This document shows, piece by piece, positions 1 through 9,469 of a stretch of DNA of 31,309 nt. The notes under the pieces were generated by a model. The model saw nothing but the letters and a program-made list of their open reading frames with translations, was not told the origin of the DNA and searched no databases. Source of the DNA: Actinomycetota bacterium (GTDB lineage Bacteria > Actinomycetota > Geothermincolia > Fen-727 > JAQURN01). The stretch spans positions 1-31,309 of the forward strand of contig JAQURN010000001.1 in NCBI GenBank assembly GCA_028715585.1, given 5' to 3'. Numbering within the stretch: the first letter of the stretch is position 1; each line of letters begins with the position of its first letter. The position numbers and the translations under genes are program-made.

Positions 1-208
1 CATTTATCAATGAGAAGATATCCGCAATTAAGTCACAGTGCTGTTTGTCTATTTCACTGATAGAAGGAATGTGCTCCTTTGGAAAAATGAGAACATGAAC
101 CGGAGCCACGGGGTTTATGTCCCTTACAGCCATAGCATTTGGTCGCTCATCTACCTTCTCGCTTTCAATCGCTCCGCTAGCCATTCTGCAAAATAAACAT
201 TCTTCCAA
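1..208 (-). CDS. HIT (histidine triad) family nucleotide-binding protein, N-terminal part; runs off the left window edge
   Basis: Not in the ORF track. Manual translation from TTG at 208 (SD GGAAGGTGA upstream) gives MEECLFCRMASGAIESEKVDERPNAMAVRDINPVAPVHVLIFPKEHI, the typical Hint N-terminus (CxFC, DINPxAPxHVLIxPKxH). mtaB followed by hit is a common order. Confidence 0.9.
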   Translation of the reverse strand, partial: MEECLFCRMASGAIESEKVDERPNAMAVRDINPVAPVHVLIFPKEHIPSISEIDKQHCDLIADIFSLIN

Positions 209-213
209 TTTGC

Positions 214-1494
214 TCACCTTCCAGAAAAGTTATTGCATCCCATCGTTAAATCCTCTAATCTTCCTTTCAAACCATTGCTATTAGCCTCTTCGATGACAGC
301 AGGCACTTTCTTTCCCACAAGCTCCGGCCAACCTCGGACACTTACTTGCATATACGGCATCGCTCGACCCCTGAGTACTCCGCCGTCTTCTTCGCAGAAG
401 CTCTCCATCAGCACCATGATTATACGTCCCACGAACCCATGGTGAAAATCGCAGGCACTCGAGCTGGCGACTTCTCGCGCTCTTCTGGCTCTCTCGGATT
501 TTTCCCGCGGACTAACTACGTCACCAAAGGCTTCTGCCTTTGTCCCAGGTCGGGGTGAATATTTGAACACATGGGTTCTAGAAAAGCCTGCTTCTTTCAA
601 GAAATCCAGCGTATGGAGAAACTCCTTCTCGCCCTCTGTTGGAAAACCAACCATGGCATCCGTACTCACTGCTACATCGGGGATTCTCCTTTTTATGCGC
701 GATAACTTCTCAAAAAATTCTTCCCTCGTATAACCTCTTCCCATGTCGAAAAGAACTTTATTGTCCGCGCTTTGAAGAGGTATATGCAGATGAGGACAAA
801 TGTTGCCTGGATTTCTTTCCGCAAGAAGGGAAATTACCCCCTCACTTACTTCCGAGAGTTCTATCGAGCTAAGCCTTATCCACGTGTCAGGCACTTCCTC
901 AGCCAAGCCAAGAAGAAGCTCTTCTAACCCTTTTCCGCTCTCAGGATCTTCGTAACGCCCGACGTCTATGCCACAAAGAACAATCTCGCCGGCTCCACCC
1001 TGTGCCAACTCACGAGCTCGAGCCAACACCTTTTCCATCGGGAGACACACCCTTTGCCTCAGCCTGGGAATAACGCAGTAACTGCATCCCCTCTCACAGC
1101 CGTCCTGGATTTTGAGTGGCACCCTTGTTCTCTCCCTAACCAATGCGTGGTTTGCGCGCTCCCCTCTAGTGATGAAATAGCCTGGGATATTTTCCTTATG
1201 GATATTTTTGACCGCGTAAAAAACTCCAATCTCCTCGAATGCTTCGGGTTTCATTTCAACCGCGCAGCCAGTAACGGCGATGCGCGCCCCGCTCTTCTTC
1301 GCCCTTTTGACCTCTTTTTTAGACTTTCTGAATGCCTCCTCGGTTACGGCACAAGTGTTAACGACCCATACCTCAGGGGGTTCCCCTTGAGGAACTGGAA
1401 CGTAGCCTCTCTGGCAAAAACCTTCCTCTATCGCAAGTGAATCCGCTTTATTCACTTTACATCCAAGTGTGGTTATTCGGTAGGTCCCATCCAT
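214..1494 (-). CDS. mtaB: Radical SAM tRNA methylthiotransferase, MtaB type (ms2t6A37)
   Basis: UPF0004 N-terminus TLGCKVN and NTCAVT; radical SAM motif KIQDGCERGCSYC; HLHIPLQS; DAMVGFPTE; HVFKYSPRPGTKA; position downstream of dnaJ. Confidence 0.85.
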   Translation of the reverse strand: MDGTYRITTLGCKVNKADSLAIEEGFCQRGYVPVPQGEPPEVWVVNTCAVTEEAFRKSKKEVKRAKKSGARIAVTGCAVEMKPEAFEEIGVFYAVKNIHKENIPGYFITRGERANHALVRERTRVPLKIQDGCERGCSYCVIPRLRQRVCLPMEKVLARARELAQGGAGEIVLCGIDVGRYEDPESGKGLEELLLGLAEEVPDTWIRLSSIELSEVSEGVISLLAERNPGNICPHLHIPLQSADNKVLFDMGRGYTREEFFEKLSRIKRRIPDVAVSTDAMVGFPTEGEKEFLHTLDFLKEAGFSRTHVFKYSPRPGTKAEAFGDVVSPREKSERARRAREVASSSACDFHHGFVGRIIMVLMESFCEEDGGVLRGRAMPYMQVSVRGWPELVGKKVPAVIEEANSNGLKGRLEDLTMGCNNFSGR

Positions 1495-1597
1495 CGTTTC
1501 TCACCAGGTAGGGCTTTCACTTACAAATTGCATCGTCAGAAAGCATTTTTGACGGGTCCCGTTCTGGGCTTGGCAAATTTGTTTTCGAGAAGAAGAG

Positions 1598-2692
1598 CTA
1601 CCTCCCACTTTTCCCCTTGCGCGCCTGAAGGTAGGATTCTAGGATCTTCCTCTGGCCAGAAGTAAGATGTCTGGGAACCGAAACGTCAACCCGAACCAGG
1701 ATATCGCCTTTCTTCCCTCTATGGAGTTCAGGGAGCCCCTTACCCTTTATCTTAAGCGTGCTGCCAGGTTGAGTCCCCGGAGGTATATCAAGCCGCAAAT
1801 CGCCATCGAGAGAGGGTACTTTGACATTCGTACCTAGAGCCGCCTCAGCTATATCAACTGTAACCGTAGTAAGCAAATTTTCCCCTTCGCGCTCGAAGTG
1901 AGGGTGAGGCTCAACTTCAACCGTTACATAAAGATTGCCGTTTCCTTCTCCCCTACCCTTGATGAGTAGCCTGTCTCCGTTTTCGACCCCCGGCGGTATT
2001 TCCACTTCAATTTTGCTATCTTCCCACTCAAAACCGTTCCCCCCACATTTACGACATCTTTCCTTTATAACTTCTCCGGAACCACCACATTCCGGGCAAA
2101 CCCTCGAGCTCATGAATGTGCCGAAAAAGCTTTGCCTAGAAGTCTCAACTCTCCCGCTCCCCTGGCACCTCTGGCAGACAATGAGACCTCCCGGCGCCAC
2201 CCCCCTCCCACCACAACTTTCACAGGAGACTCTTCTTCGCAAATTCAGCTCCCTCTTCGTCCCGGTCAAAACTTCCTCGAGACTAATAGTGATTGAGGTG
2301 TGGACGTCCTTCCCCGTAAAGCGCCTGGGCCTCGTGGCAGAACGCGTGGTCCTGAATGGACCGCTGCCAAACCCTCCGTTGAAAAAAGCTTCAAAGAGAT
2401 CGGAAATAGAACCGAAATCATCGAAACCAAAACCTCCAAAATCTGGAGTAGCCCGCCCATTTACTCCCTCGAGCCCCCACGTATCGTAAACCTTCCTCTT
2501 CTCCGGATCGGATAAAACCTGGTACGCAAAATTGAGCTCTTTGAATTTACCCTCACTATCAGGATCGTCAGGTGCTACATCCGGATGGCATTCTCGAGCC
2601 TTTGCGCGATATGCCTTCTTGATTTCTGACTGATCCGCGCTAGGCGCTACACCTATGATTTCATAGAGATCTCTGGGAGTTTTTTCCGCCAT
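1598..2692 (-). CDS. dnaJ: Molecular chaperone DnaJ (class A, with zinc finger)
   Basis: J domain with HPD; G/F-rich linker; four CxxCxGxG repeats (CESCGGRG, CQRCQGSG, CPECGGSG, CRKCGGNG); C-terminal IPPGTQPG and KGKGLP. Confidence 0.97.
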   Translation of the reverse strand: MAEKTPRDLYEIIGVAPSADQSEIKKAYRAKARECHPDVAPDDPDSEGKFKELNFAYQVLSDPEKRKVYDTWGLEGVNGRATPDFGGFGFDDFGSISDLFEAFFNGGFGSGPFRTTRSATRPRRFTGKDVHTSITISLEEVLTGTKRELNLRRRVSCESCGGRGVAPGGLIVCQRCQGSGRVETSRQSFFGTFMSSRVCPECGGSGEVIKERCRKCGGNGFEWEDSKIEVEIPPGVENGDRLLIKGRGEGNGNLYVTVEVEPHPHFEREGENLLTTVTVDIAEAALGTNVKVPSLDGDLRLDIPPGTQPGSTLKIKGKGLPELHRGKKGDILVRVDVSVPRHLTSGQRKILESYLQARKGKSGR

Positions 2693-2740
2693 TTCTAATT
2701 CCTCGATAACTCGTACCCCTCAAACAAAAACAATGTCCTA

Positions 2741-3781
2741 TCAATCTTCCGTGATGAAAAGGCTTCTTCCCATTTTATCCGCCACATGCTGAACCAGGCC
2801 AATAGTGCGAGCGTAATCAATACTCGTAGGTCCTAAAACTCCAAGTGACCCTCGTATACCAAAACCAAGTTGAAAACTCGTTCCTATCAACGCGCATTTT
2901 TTCAATTCGCTGAGTTTGTTCTCCCTGCCAATTCGGACTGTCAAGTGTTCCTCTCCAATCAACTCCTCCAGGAGGTCAAGGATGAAGTATTGTTTTTCTA
3001 TCGCCTCCAAGAGAATTTGGACCCACTCAGTTCCCATAGTCCGCATTTCCTTGGCGATATTTGCCGTTCCGCCTATAAAAACCCTATCGTCAAACGAACT
3101 CAGATATTCTCGCGCGGCATCAAGCGCCCCAGAAAAAAGTTTAGACGCGGGGGGAGCAAACCCAGCCTCCTCGATGCTAGAATTGACAATCTTCTGGCTT
3201 AACTTCTTCCCGGAAAAATTACAATTTATATACTCGGCTACCTGCTCCACCTCTTCGACAGAAACTGATTCCTCAAGGGTGAGAAGCTGGCGGCCAACTT
3301 GACCTTTGCGAGTAATAAAAACCGCCATGACCCTTTTTGCCCCAAGTCTCACTAACTCCAGTTTGTAGAGAACATCGGTTTCGCTAATCGGAGAAAAGAC
3401 CATGGCAGTCGCCTTTGTTAGTTCTGAAAGTAGGCGAGAGACTTCCTGAAACATTGCTTCCAATTCTCTAGTTCTCGCGGCGAACAGTTTTTCAACTGCC
3501 TTCCTGTCCTCGACAGTCAGCAATGGCTTTCCCATTAGCATGTCCACGTAGTATCGGTAAGCCATGTCGGTGGGAATTCTCCCGGCAGAAGTATGGGGCT
3601 GCTCGAGAAAACCAAGTTCCTCGAGAACCATCATGTCGTTTCTCACGGTTGCCGCGCTGACGCCAAGGTCATATTCCTTGGCAACTACCTGGGAGCTAAC
3701 CGGCTTCCCGCTGAGAATAAAGTTTTTGGCGACAGCGCCCAGTATTCTCTTTTTTCTCTCGTCGAGGTCTGGAACATCCAT
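2741..3781 (-). CDS. hrcA: Heat-inducible transcription repressor HrcA
   Basis: PVSSQ...VSAATVRNDMMVLEELGFLEQPHTSAGRIPTDMAYRYYVD and GSLGVLGPTSIDY; CIRCE element upstream. Confidence 0.97.
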   Translation of the reverse strand: MDVPDLDERKKRILGAVAKNFILSGKPVSSQVVAKEYDLGVSAATVRNDMMVLEELGFLEQPHTSAGRIPTDMAYRYYVDMLMGKPLLTVEDRKAVEKLFAARTRELEAMFQEVSRLLSELTKATAMVFSPISETDVLYKLELVRLGAKRVMAVFITRKGQVGRQLLTLEESVSVEEVEQVAEYINCNFSGKKLSQKIVNSSIEEAGFAPPASKLFSGALDAAREYLSSFDDRVFIGGTANIAKEMRTMGTEWVQILLEAIEKQYFILDLLEELIGEEHLTVRIGRENKLSELKKCALIGTSFQLGFGIRGSLGVLGPTSIDYARTIGLVQHVADKMGRSLFITED

Positions 3782-3821
3782 TTTGCCTAGCTCAAGATTT
3801 CAAGCGATTCTTTTTCTAATT

Positions 3822-3848
3822 TTAGCACTCCACACCACGGTGTGCTAA
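3822..3848 (-). promoter_or_regulatory. CIRCE operator (HrcA binding site) overlapping an extended -10 of hrcA-dnaJ
   Basis: TTAGCACTC-cacaccacg-GTGTGCTAA has one mismatch to TTAGCACTC-N9-GAGTGCTAA. On the minus strand TGcTAAAAT (TAAAAT at 3824-3819) overlaps the arm nearest hrcA. Confidence 0.92.
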
Positions 3849-3865
3849 AGCCATCCCACCTTATA

Positions 3866-5662
3866 TTAATACTTACTTCTCATCATCTGAACGAATGCTT
3901 CCTCGGGAATGTCAACTTTTCCCACGCGCTTCATTCTTTTCTTCCCAGCTTTTTGCTTTTCCCAGAGCTTTCTTTTTCTGGTGATATCTCCTCCGTAACA
4001 CTTAGCAGTTACATCCTTTTTTAGAGCTGGAATCGTTTCTCTCGCAATAATACGGCCGCCAACCGCGGCTTGTAGGGATACCTCAAACAGTTGCCTTGGC
4101 AATATCTTCCTCAATTTTTCTAACATTTGCCTCCCATACCTGTAAGCTTCATCCCGCATAACTATCGCGGAAAACGCGTCTACCACCTCCCCCTGCACCA
4201 GAATCTCGAGCTTCACCAGAGGATTTTCCCTATAATCTCCCACCTCGTAGTCGAGAGAGGCATATCCCCTGGATCTACTCTTGAGCTGATCGTAAAAGCC
4301 AATAATCATTTCCGAGAGAGGCATCTCATACGCAAGCTTAACCCTATTGCTCGAAAGGTAGCGCATATCCTTGAAGACACACCGCCTTTCCTTGCAAATT
4401 TCCATCACATTTCCAACTGCCTCATCGCGAGTGATAATGATTAGGGAAACATATGGCTCCTCAATTTTCGAAATTAAATTCGCAGGCGGCATCTTTGCGG
4501 GGCTGTCAACGTGAGACACTCTTCCATCCTTGTCAGTAATTCTGTAATCAACACTTGGGGAAGTGATAAGGAGATTCAGGTTATATTCTCTTTCAAGCCT
4601 TTCCCTTACTACCTCTAGATGAAGGCTGCCTAAAAATCCGCACCGAAAACCAAAACCAAGCGCTTGTGAAGTTTCGGGCGCGTAAGTAAAAGCAGAATCG
4701 TTGAGTCGCAGTTTAGCAAGAGAGTCCCGTAAACGCTCATAATCAGAGCTGTCCACAGGGTATATTCCCGCAAAAACAACAGCCTTCGGCTCTTTGTAAC
4801 CGGGCAATGGCTCTGGAACGCCTCCCTGGGCACTTGTAATGGTATCTCCGACAGGAACTCGGGAAACATCTTTTATTCTAGTTACCACGAACCCAATTTC
4901 TCCAACTGAAAGATTATCCACCTCCCGCATCACGTCCGCGTAGTAACCGACTCTCTCGATCTGGGAGCTTACCCCTGCCTGAATCAGCTCTATTTCCATC
5001 CCACTGGTAAGCGTGCCCGAAGATACCTTCACCAATCCCACGACCCCTTTATAGGAATCGTAGCTGGAATCAAAAACCAATGCGCGCAATCTGTCGTCTT
5101 CACCTCGAGGTGGAGAGGGAATCCTCTGGATAGCCGCCTCCAGAAGTTCCTTTACTCCTTCACCCGTCTTGGCGGAACACAAAAGTACATCTTCGGGATT
5201 CGCCCCTGTCAACTCGACTATTTCCCTCATCGTCTCTTCTGGCATCGCTGTGGGGAGATCTATTTTGTTTATGACCGGGATTACCTCTAGCCCGCTTTCG
5301 CAAGCAAGATTGAAATTTCCAATGGTTTGCGCCTCTACCCCTTGAGTCGCGTCCACCAACAATATAGCGCCCTCACAAGCGGCAAGAGATCTGGACACCT
5401 CGTAAGAAAAATCAACATGCCCAGGAGTATCAACTAGGTTCAACTGGTATTCGATGCCTTCATGGGTGTAATACATCCTTACAGTTTGGGCCTTTATGGT
5501 AATTCCACGTTCTCTTTCTATATCCATCTTGTCGAGAAACTGAGGCAGCGTTTCTCCTTGTTTTGTCACGCCAGTAAGCTCGAGAAAACGATCCGCCAGG
5601 GTGGATTTCCCATGGTCGATGTGCGCGATTATGCAGAAATTCCTTATCCTAGAAGTTTCCAG
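3866..5662 (-). CDS. lepA: Translation elongation factor 4 (LepA), 598 aa; start extended beyond the ORF track to a CTG codon at 5662
   Basis: The frame upstream of the track start (5569) encodes LETSRIRNFCIIAHIDHGKSTLADRFLELTG (G1 P-loop). Also ERERGITIKAQ, DTPGHVDF, NKID, GFRCGFLG and C-terminal KCYGGDITRKRKLWEKQKAGKKRMK. SD GAGGTGA lies 6 nt before the CTG, with an in-frame TGA three codons upstream. Confidence 0.96.
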   Translation of the reverse strand: METSRIRNFCIIAHIDHGKSTLADRFLELTGVTKQGETLPQFLDKMDIERERGITIKAQTVRMYYTHEGIEYQLNLVDTPGHVDFSYEVSRSLAACEGAILLVDATQGVEAQTIGNFNLACESGLEVIPVINKIDLPTAMPEETMREIVELTGANPEDVLLCSAKTGEGVKELLEAAIQRIPSPPRGEDDRLRALVFDSSYDSYKGVVGLVKVSSGTLTSGMEIELIQAGVSSQIERVGYYADVMREVDNLSVGEIGFVVTRIKDVSRVPVGDTITSAQGGVPEPLPGYKEPKAVVFAGIYPVDSSDYERLRDSLAKLRLNDSAFTYAPETSQALGFGFRCGFLGSLHLEVVRERLEREYNLNLLITSPSVDYRITDKDGRVSHVDSPAKMPPANLISKIEEPYVSLIIITRDEAVGNVMEICKERRCVFKDMRYLSSNRVKLAYEMPLSEMIIGFYDQLKSRSRGYASLDYEVGDYRENPLVKLEILVQGEVVDAFSAIVMRDEAYRYGRQMLEKLRKILPRQLFEVSLQAAVGGRIIARETIPALKKDVTAKCYGGDITRKRKLWEKQKAGKKRMKRVGKVDIPEEAFVQMMRSKY

Positions 5663-5700
5663 CCTTCCTCACCTCGAGTATTATGATAACTCAGGGTGAC

Positions 5701-5729
5701 TCGACGCAGGACAAGCCTCATGCTAAAAT
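5701..5729 (+). promoter_or_regulatory. Putative sigma70/sigmaA promoter of rpsT
   Basis: TCGACG-N17-TAAAAT with an extended TG (TGcTAAAAT), about 56 nt upstream of the rpsT ATG. Confidence 0.55.
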
Positions 5730-5785
5730 GTCTTCGCTTTAGAACTTTTCGATACGAAGATTGCGAGAATTAAAGCGGAGATGCA

Positions 5786-6052
5786 ATGCCAAACATAAAA
5801 TCTCAAAAGAAAAGGTTGATTAAATCGAGGGAAAGCCGAGCAAGAAACAAATCCGCGAAGTCGGCTCTAAAAACGAAAGTCAAGAAGTTTCGCGCTGCCT
5901 GCGAGGAAGGAGACGCTACCAAGGCTGCCGAGCTCTTTCGCGATGCTTCACGCTCGTTCGACAAAGCGGTATCAAAGGGAATCTTGCACAAAAATAAGGC
6001 TGCTAACGAAAAATCCCGCCTAGCGCGGGCTTTGAATTCCCTCAATTCATAA
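5786..6052 (+). CDS. rpsT: 30S ribosomal protein S20
   Basis: MPNIKSQKKR...RNKSAKSALKTKVKKF...FDKAVSKGILHKNKAANEKSRL; SD GCGGAG; usual holA/rpsT/lepA context. Confidence 0.97.
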   Translation: MPNIKSQKKRLIKSRESRARNKSAKSALKTKVKKFRAACEEGDATKAAELFRDASRSFDKAVSKGILHKNKAANEKSRLARALNSLNS

Positions 6053-6056
6053 TTTG

Positions 6057-7100
6057 TCAGCCTACTATCCTGCTGACCAAGGCATCCAAGACAAAAGCCA
6101 TGTAATCACCCTCAGGAAGAAATCGAGTTTCGTGCATCTCCTGCTGGCAGTCGCGGAAGTCGCAAATTATATCCCTCAGGCGATCAGCAGAGAACTTCCT
6201 GGACTGTTTTACAACCTTGGTCGCAAGAAATCCTGGAATTCCAAGGATTTGAGCAATCTGGGAAATATCAGTCTTCTCAGCCGAAAGTGACTTCGCCCTC
6301 GCGATGAAGCGAAACTGCCTCAGAAGAAGGGAAAATATGCGTTCTGGACTTTCTCCCTGTTTCAATATTCTCTCCAGAAGATACAGGGCAACGTCTCTTC
6401 TTCTGTCAGCGACTGAATCTACGAGCTCGAAGATGTCTTCACGGGCGGAAGCCTTGACCGCCTCGTTCACCTGTTCCATTTCTATTTCCCGCTTTTCCTC
6501 TTCTAAAAAAGATAGGCTATCAATCGCGCCTTCGAGCTCTCTTAAATTAGTTCCAACCTTCTCAATCAAAAGTTTCACGGCTGAAGGGCTTATTTTCTTT
6601 TCCCTCTTCGCGAATTCTCTAACAACCCAAGCCTCGAGGTTTCGGTCATCGTAGCCTGCTCCAAGGGAATATTTCACCACTTCGCTAGTTTGTCTCGCCT
6701 TCTTGAAAATGATGGAGTTTTCCGTTTTTTTAACGGAAGCCCTGGACTCTCGAGTCCCCCCCGATGGCGGGAAGTGCGCAATCAACACCAAGATGGTGGT
6801 CTTGTTTGGCCTTTCCAGATAAGCAGAGAGTTTTTTCTGCTCACCCTGCCTGAGTCTATCCACGTTCCTCACTATCACCAGTCTTCTTTTAGCAAAGAGA
6901 GGCAAAGCCTCCGCCGCGTTGATAATTGCCTCCGCGCTTGTTTCATCAGCATCCAGGACTTCCATATCGGAGATTGATTCCTCTGACGAGGAGAAGAGTT
7001 CAATGAGTCTTTTTAAGGCTTTCTCCATGAGGAGCTCTTCATCGCCATAAAGGAAATAGACATTCTTCAGGTCTTCTAAACTTTTTGCTCTCTTCGCCAA
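6057..7100 (-). CDS. holA: DNA polymerase III subunit delta
   Basis: VYFLYGDEELL, AEALPLFAKRRLVIVRNVD, REDIFELVDSV; lies between comEC and rpsT. Confidence 0.9.
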   Translation of the reverse strand: MAKRAKSLEDLKNVYFLYGDEELLMEKALKRLIELFSSSEESISDMEVLDADETSAEAIINAAEALPLFAKRRLVIVRNVDRLRQGEQKKLSAYLERPNKTTILVLIAHFPPSGGTRESRASVKKTENSIIFKKARQTSEVVKYSLGAGYDDRNLEAWVVREFAKREKKISPSAVKLLIEKVGTNLRELEGAIDSLSFLEEEKREIEMEQVNEAVKASAREDIFELVDSVADRRRDVALYLLERILKQGESPERIFSLLLRQFRFIARAKSLSAEKTDISQIAQILGIPGFLATKVVKQSRKFSADRLRDIICDFRDCQQEMHETRFLPEGDYMAFVLDALVSRIVG

Positions 7101-7105
7101 GCTTT

Positions 7106-9469
7106 CTATCTCCCTTTTTGAGTGGACACAACGATTTTACCATCCTTGCGCCCCAGCTCTATATCGCCGTCCTCATCCGTCCTAAAAATTTCAATCCTCC
7201 TCGAGGCAAGCTCGTTCAGGCAAAACTGGGAAGGGTGACCGTAAGGATTGTCTTCCCCCACTGGGATAACCGCAATTTCCGGAGTCAAGAAATCCAACAA
7301 ATCCGGATTCGTTGCGTCTCTGGCTCCCTGATGCGGCATCTTGAGAACATCGCAATCGATTTCGGGGCAAGAGCCAAAAAGCATCTCCTGCGCCTCGTTC
7401 TCGATATCCCCGGTGAGAATCGCTTCCATCTCACCGATACGGGCAAGAATTACGATGCTTGTATCATTTAGCTCATCAGGAACATCCTCAAGGCTTGCCG
7501 GGGCATAAAGCACCTGGAGTTCGATTTCATTTGAGACCCCTAGCTCCATTCCTTCCTCTGCCACTATTCTCTTTATACCCTCGTCATGCGCCTTGTCGAG
7601 GAGGTCTTCATAATTAGCCTTCTCTGAAGGCGTCATCTCCTCGATGCCTTCCTTGTTGATAGAGGGCTCCAAAAGCGCCCCTACAGGGAACTCCGCAATG
7701 ACTTCCATCAAACCAAAGAGGTGGTCCTTGTGTGGATGTGTGAGCACCATGAGGTCTATCTTGCTGACACCTCTCTCCTGGAGCTTTTTAGTTATCTTGC
7801 CTCCCTCGGGACCGCCATCAATCAGCACTGTGGAACCTTCCTTACCCATCAAGAGAATAGAGTCTCCTTGTCCAACATCGAAAACAATCATGCGGCTTGA
7901 GGCTTTCCCCCGAAACAATGGCGACTGATTGAAAAAGATAAGGAAAATAGCAAGGGAGAACGAAATAAGCGGCCGCAATTTGCCCTTCTTCCCAGCGCCT
8001 CTTACCAAAAGAAAAAGTCCAAGAAGATAGAAGAAAAGCGCGAAGCCTCCCAGCAAGCCTTCCCTGAGCCCCGCCTGGGGAACTCTCGAAAGCCTCGAGC
8101 TCACCCCAAAGATATAGCGAGAAATAGCAGTGGGAAAAGCGGCAACGAATTTCGTTGCCCCCAATCCGAAACCTGCGGAAGCGGCAAGTGCCCAGGAAGA
8201 AAAAAACAGCGGACCGACAAGCGGAACAACCAGAAAATTCGCGATAATCGATGTAACGGGCACCATCCCTCCTTTGGCAAGCAGAAGCGGAATTACTCCC
8301 AGTTGAGCTCCCGCGCATACCAAAAAAACCCCACGTTTTTCAGTGAGAGATTTCTTGCCAATGGCGAGAACGATTCCAAGAGTCGCCGCAAACGAAAGCT
8401 GAAATCCTGGATCGAATAATGCCCTGGGGTTGAACCCCAATATCAGAACGCCCGCAAGGCTCAATCCGGAAAGCGGTTGATATTTCCTTCCCAGCACATC
8501 CCCACCAAAAGCCATCGCGAACATAAGAAATGACCTAACCGCTGCTGGTCTGAAACCAGAGAGAGCCATAACCAGCGCTGCCGCGGCAGCCGCGGCAATG
8601 AATCTGAATTTTTTTCCCACTCCCAGAAGTGAAAGCAAAAAAACCACCATGCCCGCCGCGGCCCCAACATGAAGCCCGGAGACGCAAACTATATGTGAAA
8701 TCCCACAACTATCCAGGTGCCATCTTGCCTTTGCGTCTAGTTCGCCGGTCTCGCCCAGAGTAACGCCTAGCACCAACCCCAGAATTTCTCCCCTGAGAGC
8801 TTTGTGGTAGATTGAGAGCAGTTTTTCCCTGGTTCTCTCAACGCGCGACGCAAAAAAATCCGGAGGTCCAGCCAACTCGATGTCCTCGGGGTAACATCTA
8901 ATTCGCGTGGAGGCGCCCCGTTCAAAAAGCCATCCCCTTTGTTCTTCTGGAAACAGTCTTCCGCTCAATTTGACTCTAGAGCCGGCGTATATCCATTTCG
9001 GCAAGTTCACACTCTCGATACTTACCTGCGCCACCTGGTGGAGCGCATATGTTTTGCCAGTGGCACTGCACCGTTCTACTTCGAGGAAAAAACTTTGGAA
9101 GTCGCCCGAGGGAGAGGGAGGGGATTTTACCTTCCCCTCTATTTCCACCATTGAGCGGTTCCGCGCAAGAGAAGGGAGCAATCCAGTTTCTACCGCCTTT
9201 GCCTCCAGACTCATCGAGAAAAAACCGCTAAAAAATACCAGGGTAAGAATCGTAGCAAGCCTGCTTAGTGACTTCCCTCGCCACACCAAGATAGCCGAAC
9301 AAACCGCGGTAAAAGCCAGTATCGAAAAGGAAAGTATTGGGCTGCTTGCCCTTCCCAGGATTATGCCGGCACCCAGAAAAACAAGACATCCCAGGTAGAG
9401 AAAACTTCTAGCCTCAGATGGTGACGAGGTCCTTGATGGATTGGAATTTTTTGGGTCCGATTCCCTCAA
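7106..9469 (-). CDS. comEC: DNA internalization competence protein ComEC/Rec2 (membrane channel plus metallo-beta-lactamase domain); exact start uncertain
   Basis: Multiple hydrophobic segments; HIVCVSGLHVG; PGFQLSFAAT; FDVGQGDS; LTHPHKDH (HxHxDH); LTGDIE; LKMPHQG; YGHP. The TTG start at 9469 overlaps comEA by about 56 nt, so the true start may be downstream. Confidence 0.93.
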   Translation of the reverse strand: MRESDPKNSNPSRTSSPSEARSFLYLGCLVFLGAGIILGRASSPILSFSILAFTAVCSAILVWRGKSLSRLATILTLVFFSGFFSMSLEAKAVETGLLPSLARNRSMVEIEGKVKSPPSPSGDFQSFFLEVERCSATGKTYALHQVAQVSIESVNLPKWIYAGSRVKLSGRLFPEEQRGWLFERGASTRIRCYPEDIELAGPPDFFASRVERTREKLLSIYHKALRGEILGLVLGVTLGETGELDAKARWHLDSCGISHIVCVSGLHVGAAAGMVVFLLSLLGVGKKFRFIAAAAAAALVMALSGFRPAAVRSFLMFAMAFGGDVLGRKYQPLSGLSLAGVLILGFNPRALFDPGFQLSFAATLGIVLAIGKKSLTEKRGVFLVCAGAQLGVIPLLLAKGGMVPVTSIIANFLVVPLVGPLFFSSWALAASAGFGLGATKFVAAFPTAISRYIFGVSSRLSRVPQAGLREGLLGGFALFFYLLGLFLLVRGAGKKGKLRPLISFSLAIFLIFFNQSPLFRGKASSRMIVFDVGQGDSILLMGKEGSTVLIDGGPEGGKITKKLQERGVSKIDLMVLTHPHKDHLFGLMEVIAEFPVGALLEPSINKEGIEEMTPSEKANYEDLLDKAHDEGIKRIVAEEGMELGVSNEIELQVLYAPASLEDVPDELNDTSIVILARIGEMEAILTGDIENEAQEMLFGSCPEIDCDVLKMPHQGARDATNPDLLDFLTPEIAVIPVGEDNPYGHPSQFCLNELASRRIEIFRTDEDGDIELGRKDGKIVVSTQKGR

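Noticed and set aside
1534-1554. Imperfect palindrome CGTCAGAAAGCATTTTTGACG between dnaJ and mtaB
   Set aside because: It has a weak AT-rich stem with a mismatch and no U-tract, so it cannot be supported as a terminator or operator.
3866-5569. lepA as an N-terminally truncated gene or pseudogene (ORF-track start)
   Set aside because: The reading frame is open upstream and encodes the intact G1 motif up to CTG 5662.
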